From positions 489-64,488 of the forward strand of contig CACMXS010000005.1 of NCBI GenBank assembly GCA_902617715.1: DNA of 64,000 nucleotides. The letters run 5' to 3'. Made by a program: the position numbers and the translations under genes. This DNA comes from an uncultured Pelagibacteraceae bacterium. Its GTDB lineage: Bacteria > Pseudomonadota > Alphaproteobacteria > Pelagibacterales > Pelagibacteraceae. The notes beneath the pieces are model-generated. The model was not told the DNA's origin and did no database searches. It saw nothing but the letters and a program-made list of their open reading frames with translations. Below are positions 61,142-64,000 of the stretch, piece by piece; position 1 is the first letter of the stretch, and every line of letters begins with the position of its first letter.

Positions 61142-62454
61142 TTACCAGCAACAACCATACCCTCAATCATAATGGTAGGTGAATTGGTTGCATATTTGAA
61201 CTCTAAATCATTTGCGAGGGTAATATTTTTAAACATGTCTTTAAAATTACCTGCAATAGTAATTTCATTTATAGGATACTTAAACTCTCCGTTTTCTACT
61301 AAAAACCCTGTTGCACCTACAGAATAATCACCAGTTACAATATTACTTCCGTGTCCTATAGTTTCTGTAATATAAAGGCTTTTTGATTTTGAATACAATA
61401 AATCTTTAAAACTAATATTTCCATTTTCAAAATAAAGATTACTTGTCCCTCCACATCTTCCATTTGATTTAAGGTTTAATTTTTTTCCATTGTAAGTATC
61501 AATCAAATAATGTTTTAAAATTCCCTGGTCTACTAATTTAAGAGTATCAGTTTTAACCCCCTCGCTATCAAAATTTCTTGAGCCTAAACCTTTGAGTATA
61601 TCCGGTTTATCTAAGACATTAATTGTATCAGAAAATATTTTTTGGTTAACTTTGTCTTTTAAAAAAGAGGTTCCTCTTGATATCGCTGATGATGAAATCG
61701 CACTTGCAAAGGTACTTAGTATTCCCTTAGCTATTCTTTTATCAAAAATTATAGCAATTTTTTCACTACCTATTTTTTTAGGGCTTAATTTTCTAATTGT
61801 TTGATCAGCAGCTTGTTTACCTAATTCTCCTGCGTCATCCAAGTCTTTAAGAAAACATTTACTAGAATATTCATAATCTCTCTCCATACTTTTTTCATCT
61901 TTTGCAACTGTGACGCTCGAAGCTGTAAATGAAGATGTTTTGTAGCCAGCACAAAAATCTTCACTATTGGCTAAAATAAAATTTGATTTATTTTGAGTAA
62001 AACTAGATTCTGTATTCACAATCTTTTTATCATTAGAAGCAGCAGATTCTAATTTTTTTAAATAGTCTATTTTTTGATCATTTTCTATATGGGTATCGTC
62101 ATAAAGATTCAAATCCTTAACCTCTTTGGCCAATAAATCTTTATCTGGTAAAGAATTAAATTCATCTTCAGGAGTATTTTTTGTTGTCTCAACACACTTT
62201 TCAATCAAAATGTTTAGGTTATCATCAAGTAAATTAGAAGAAGATATTGATGACTTTTTTTTTCCAATGTAAGTGGTAATGCTTATTCCAAGATCATCTG
62301 ATCTATTAGACTCGTCTAGTTTTTTATTTCTAAAATTAACAGTTTCAGATACAGAGTTATTAACAATCACACTAGACTCGGTTGCGCCTAATTTCTTAGC
62401 CAAACCTAAACAATACGATGCCTTTTTCTCTAGAAATTCTTGATCTTTGACCAT
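61138..62454 (-). CDS. pmbA: TldE/PmbA metalloprotease subunit
   Basis: MERDY, FDSEG, TGDYS.GA.GF, PINEITIAGN, SPT. Confidence 0.93.
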   Translation of the reverse strand: MVKDQEFLEKKASYCLGLAKKLGATESSVIVNNSVSETVNFRNKKLDESNRSDDLGISITTYIGKKKSSISSSNLLDDNLNILIEKCVETTKNTPEDEFNSLPDKDLLAKEVKDLNLYDDTHIENDQKIDYLKKLESAASNDKKIVNTESSFTQNKSNFILANSEDFCAGYKTSSFTASSVTVAKDEKSMERDYEYSSKCFLKDLDDAGELGKQAADQTIRKLSPKKIGSEKIAIIFDKRIAKGILSTFASAISSSAISRGTSFLKDKVNQKIFSDTINVLDKPDILKGLGSRNFDSEGVKTDTLKLVDQGILKHYLIDTYNGKKLNLKSNGRCGGTSNLYFENGNISFKDLLYSKSKSLYITETIGHGSNIVTGDYSVGATGFLVENGEFKYPINEITIAGNFKDMFKNITLANDLEFKYATNSPTIMIEGMVVAGK

Positions 62455-63867
62455 TTAAAGTTTTGTGCCCCCAACAGTCATCTTATTAATTAGTATAGAT
62501 GGTTGAGCAACTCCTACAGGAACACCTTGGCCAGCTTTTCCACATGTTCCAATACCAGGATCCATCATCATGTCATTCCCAACCATAGAAACTTCTTTTA
62601 AAATTGAAGGTCCATCTCCAATAAGTGTTGCACCTTTAATTGGAGATCCAATTTTGCCATTAACAATCTCATAAGCTTCAGTACAATTGAATACAAATTT
62701 TCCAGAGGTAATATCAACCTGTCCGCCACCAAAACTCACAGCAAAAATACCTTTATCGACAGCTTTAATCATCTCGTCTTGAGTCTGATTTCCACTCAAC
62801 ATCATCGTATTTCTCATTCTTGGAAGAACGATATGTCTATAGTTTTCTCTTCTTCCACTACCAGTAGATTTGGTTTTCATTAATCGAGCGTTTAGACGAT
62901 CTTGCATAAAATTTTTTAAAATCCCATTCTCAATTAAAACAGTTTTTTCTGTAGGGGTTCCCTCATCATCAATCGTAAGACTACCTCTCCTGTTATCAAT
63001 AGTACCATCATCAACAATTGTAACTCCCTCACTTGCAACTTTTTGGCCCATTAAATTATGAAAAGCTGAGGTTTTTTTTCTGTTAAAATCCCCTTCTAAA
63101 CCATGACCAACAGCCTCATGAATTAATATTGCTGGCCAACCAGGTCCTAGCACAACTTTCATTTCACCAGCTGGTGCAGGTTTACTCTCTAAATTTACCG
63201 AAGCTATTCTCAAAGCTTCATCACAAACACTTTTCCAGTTATCATCTTTTAAATAAGAGTCATAAGATTGTCTTCCCCCAACACCATACACACCCGTCTC
63301 TTTTCTCCCATTTTTCTCAAGCATAACGGATACATTGAATCTTATTAAAGGACGAACATCAGTTAAAGTTTCTCCACCAGATCTAATTATTTCAACCGAT
63401 TTTTGTTCTCCCAAAAAATTAGCTGTAACTTGTTTAATGTTGTCATCTTTTGATCGTAAATAATCATTTACTTCATTAAGTATTTTAATTTTTTCATTAA
63501 GAGATTTTTGTTCAATAGGGTTAATGTTTTCATAATATTTCTTATTAGATTTAGGAATTTCATGATTATAGGTACCTTTGACAGATTTAAGTGTCGATTT
63601 TAAATTTTCTGAAGATTGCTTTAATGAGTTTTTTGAAATTTCGTTAGAGTGAGAATAAGCAACTACTTCATCGGAGATAGCTCTAAACCCAAATCCTAAA
63701 TCTGAATTATAACTAGAATTTTTTATCTTATTATCATCTAGTAAAATTGACTCAGATTTAGAATTTTCTAAGTACAACTCACCATCATCACATTTTTGAA
63801 GAGTATCCGAAATAATATTTTCAGCCTCACTTCTTGATAGGTCAGATTTTTCAAAGAAATTACTCAT
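62455..63867 (-). CDS. tldD: TldD metalloprotease subunit
   Basis: HEAVGHGLEGDFNRK, PRMRNT, GGQVDITSGKFVF, CGKAGQGVPVGVAQP; ATG at 63867 (GTG at 63876 is an alternative). Confidence 0.96.
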   Translation of the reverse strand: MSNFFEKSDLSRSEAENIISDTLQKCDDGELYLENSKSESILLDDNKIKNSSYNSDLGFGFRAISDEVVAYSHSNEISKNSLKQSSENLKSTLKSVKGTYNHEIPKSNKKYYENINPIEQKSLNEKIKILNEVNDYLRSKDDNIKQVTANFLGEQKSVEIIRSGGETLTDVRPLIRFNVSVMLEKNGRKETGVYGVGGRQSYDSYLKDDNWKSVCDEALRIASVNLESKPAPAGEMKVVLGPGWPAILIHEAVGHGLEGDFNRKKTSAFHNLMGQKVASEGVTIVDDGTIDNRRGSLTIDDEGTPTEKTVLIENGILKNFMQDRLNARLMKTKSTGSGRRENYRHIVLPRMRNTMMLSGNQTQDEMIKAVDKGIFAVSFGGGQVDITSGKFVFNCTEAYEIVNGKIGSPIKGATLIGDGPSILKEVSMVGNDMMMDPGIGTCGKAGQGVPVGVAQPSILINKMTVGGTKL

Positions 63868-63961
63868 AGAAGACACTAAATAAATTGTTTCAAAGATTTT
63901 TCAACTAGAGTATTTTACGCATGTACATATATGGGACAAATTAGTAATAAAACATCTAATT

Positions 63962-64000
63962 ATGAAAGTTTATTTTAATAATTCTTGTAAAATTTGTAAG
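63962..64000 (+). CDS. Partial (5' end) DCC1/DUF393-like thiol-disulfide oxidoreductase
   Basis: MKVYFNNSCKICK... with an N-terminal CxxC; truncated by the window edge, only 13 codons visible. Confidence 0.55.
   Translation, partial: MKVYFNNSCKICK

Overview
Very AT-rich, gene-dense alphaproteobacterial chromosome segment with tiny or overlapping intergenic spacers. Gene content and order (crtIBY-blh behind the F0 ATP synthase genes, type II thrB, compact proteins) point to a streamlined SAR11/Pelagibacter-like genome (inference). It is essentially core genome: prs-rplY-pth-ychF, petABC, trmL-hemF-greA, TPR-ispE-tRNA-Gln-cca, a DNA-maintenance block (UDG-like, rnhB, ccrM, mutY, DUF721/DciA, DsbA, smc), F0 atp genes, retinal synthesis plus ispH-thrB-rnhA, the aa3 cytochrome oxidase operon, a HAD-DoxX-pirin-qor redox cassette, ubiA-msbA-waaA-lpxK-lpxL, purD-rsmD, ribF-ileS-lspA-pgi, groESL, typA and tldD-pmbA. 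I saw no mobile element, CRISPR array or prophage. The most notable observations are: a 798-aa SMC with intact ATPase heads but no recognisable hinge or zinc hook; repair enzymes with altered recognition residues (UDG-like, MutY); two GANTC sites inside the predicted ccrM promoter; zero-gap divergent start codons at mutY/DUF721; a tRNA ending 3 nt before the cca start codon; and two small ORFs missed by the ORF track. All protein assignments come from motif recognition by eye, not from database searches.
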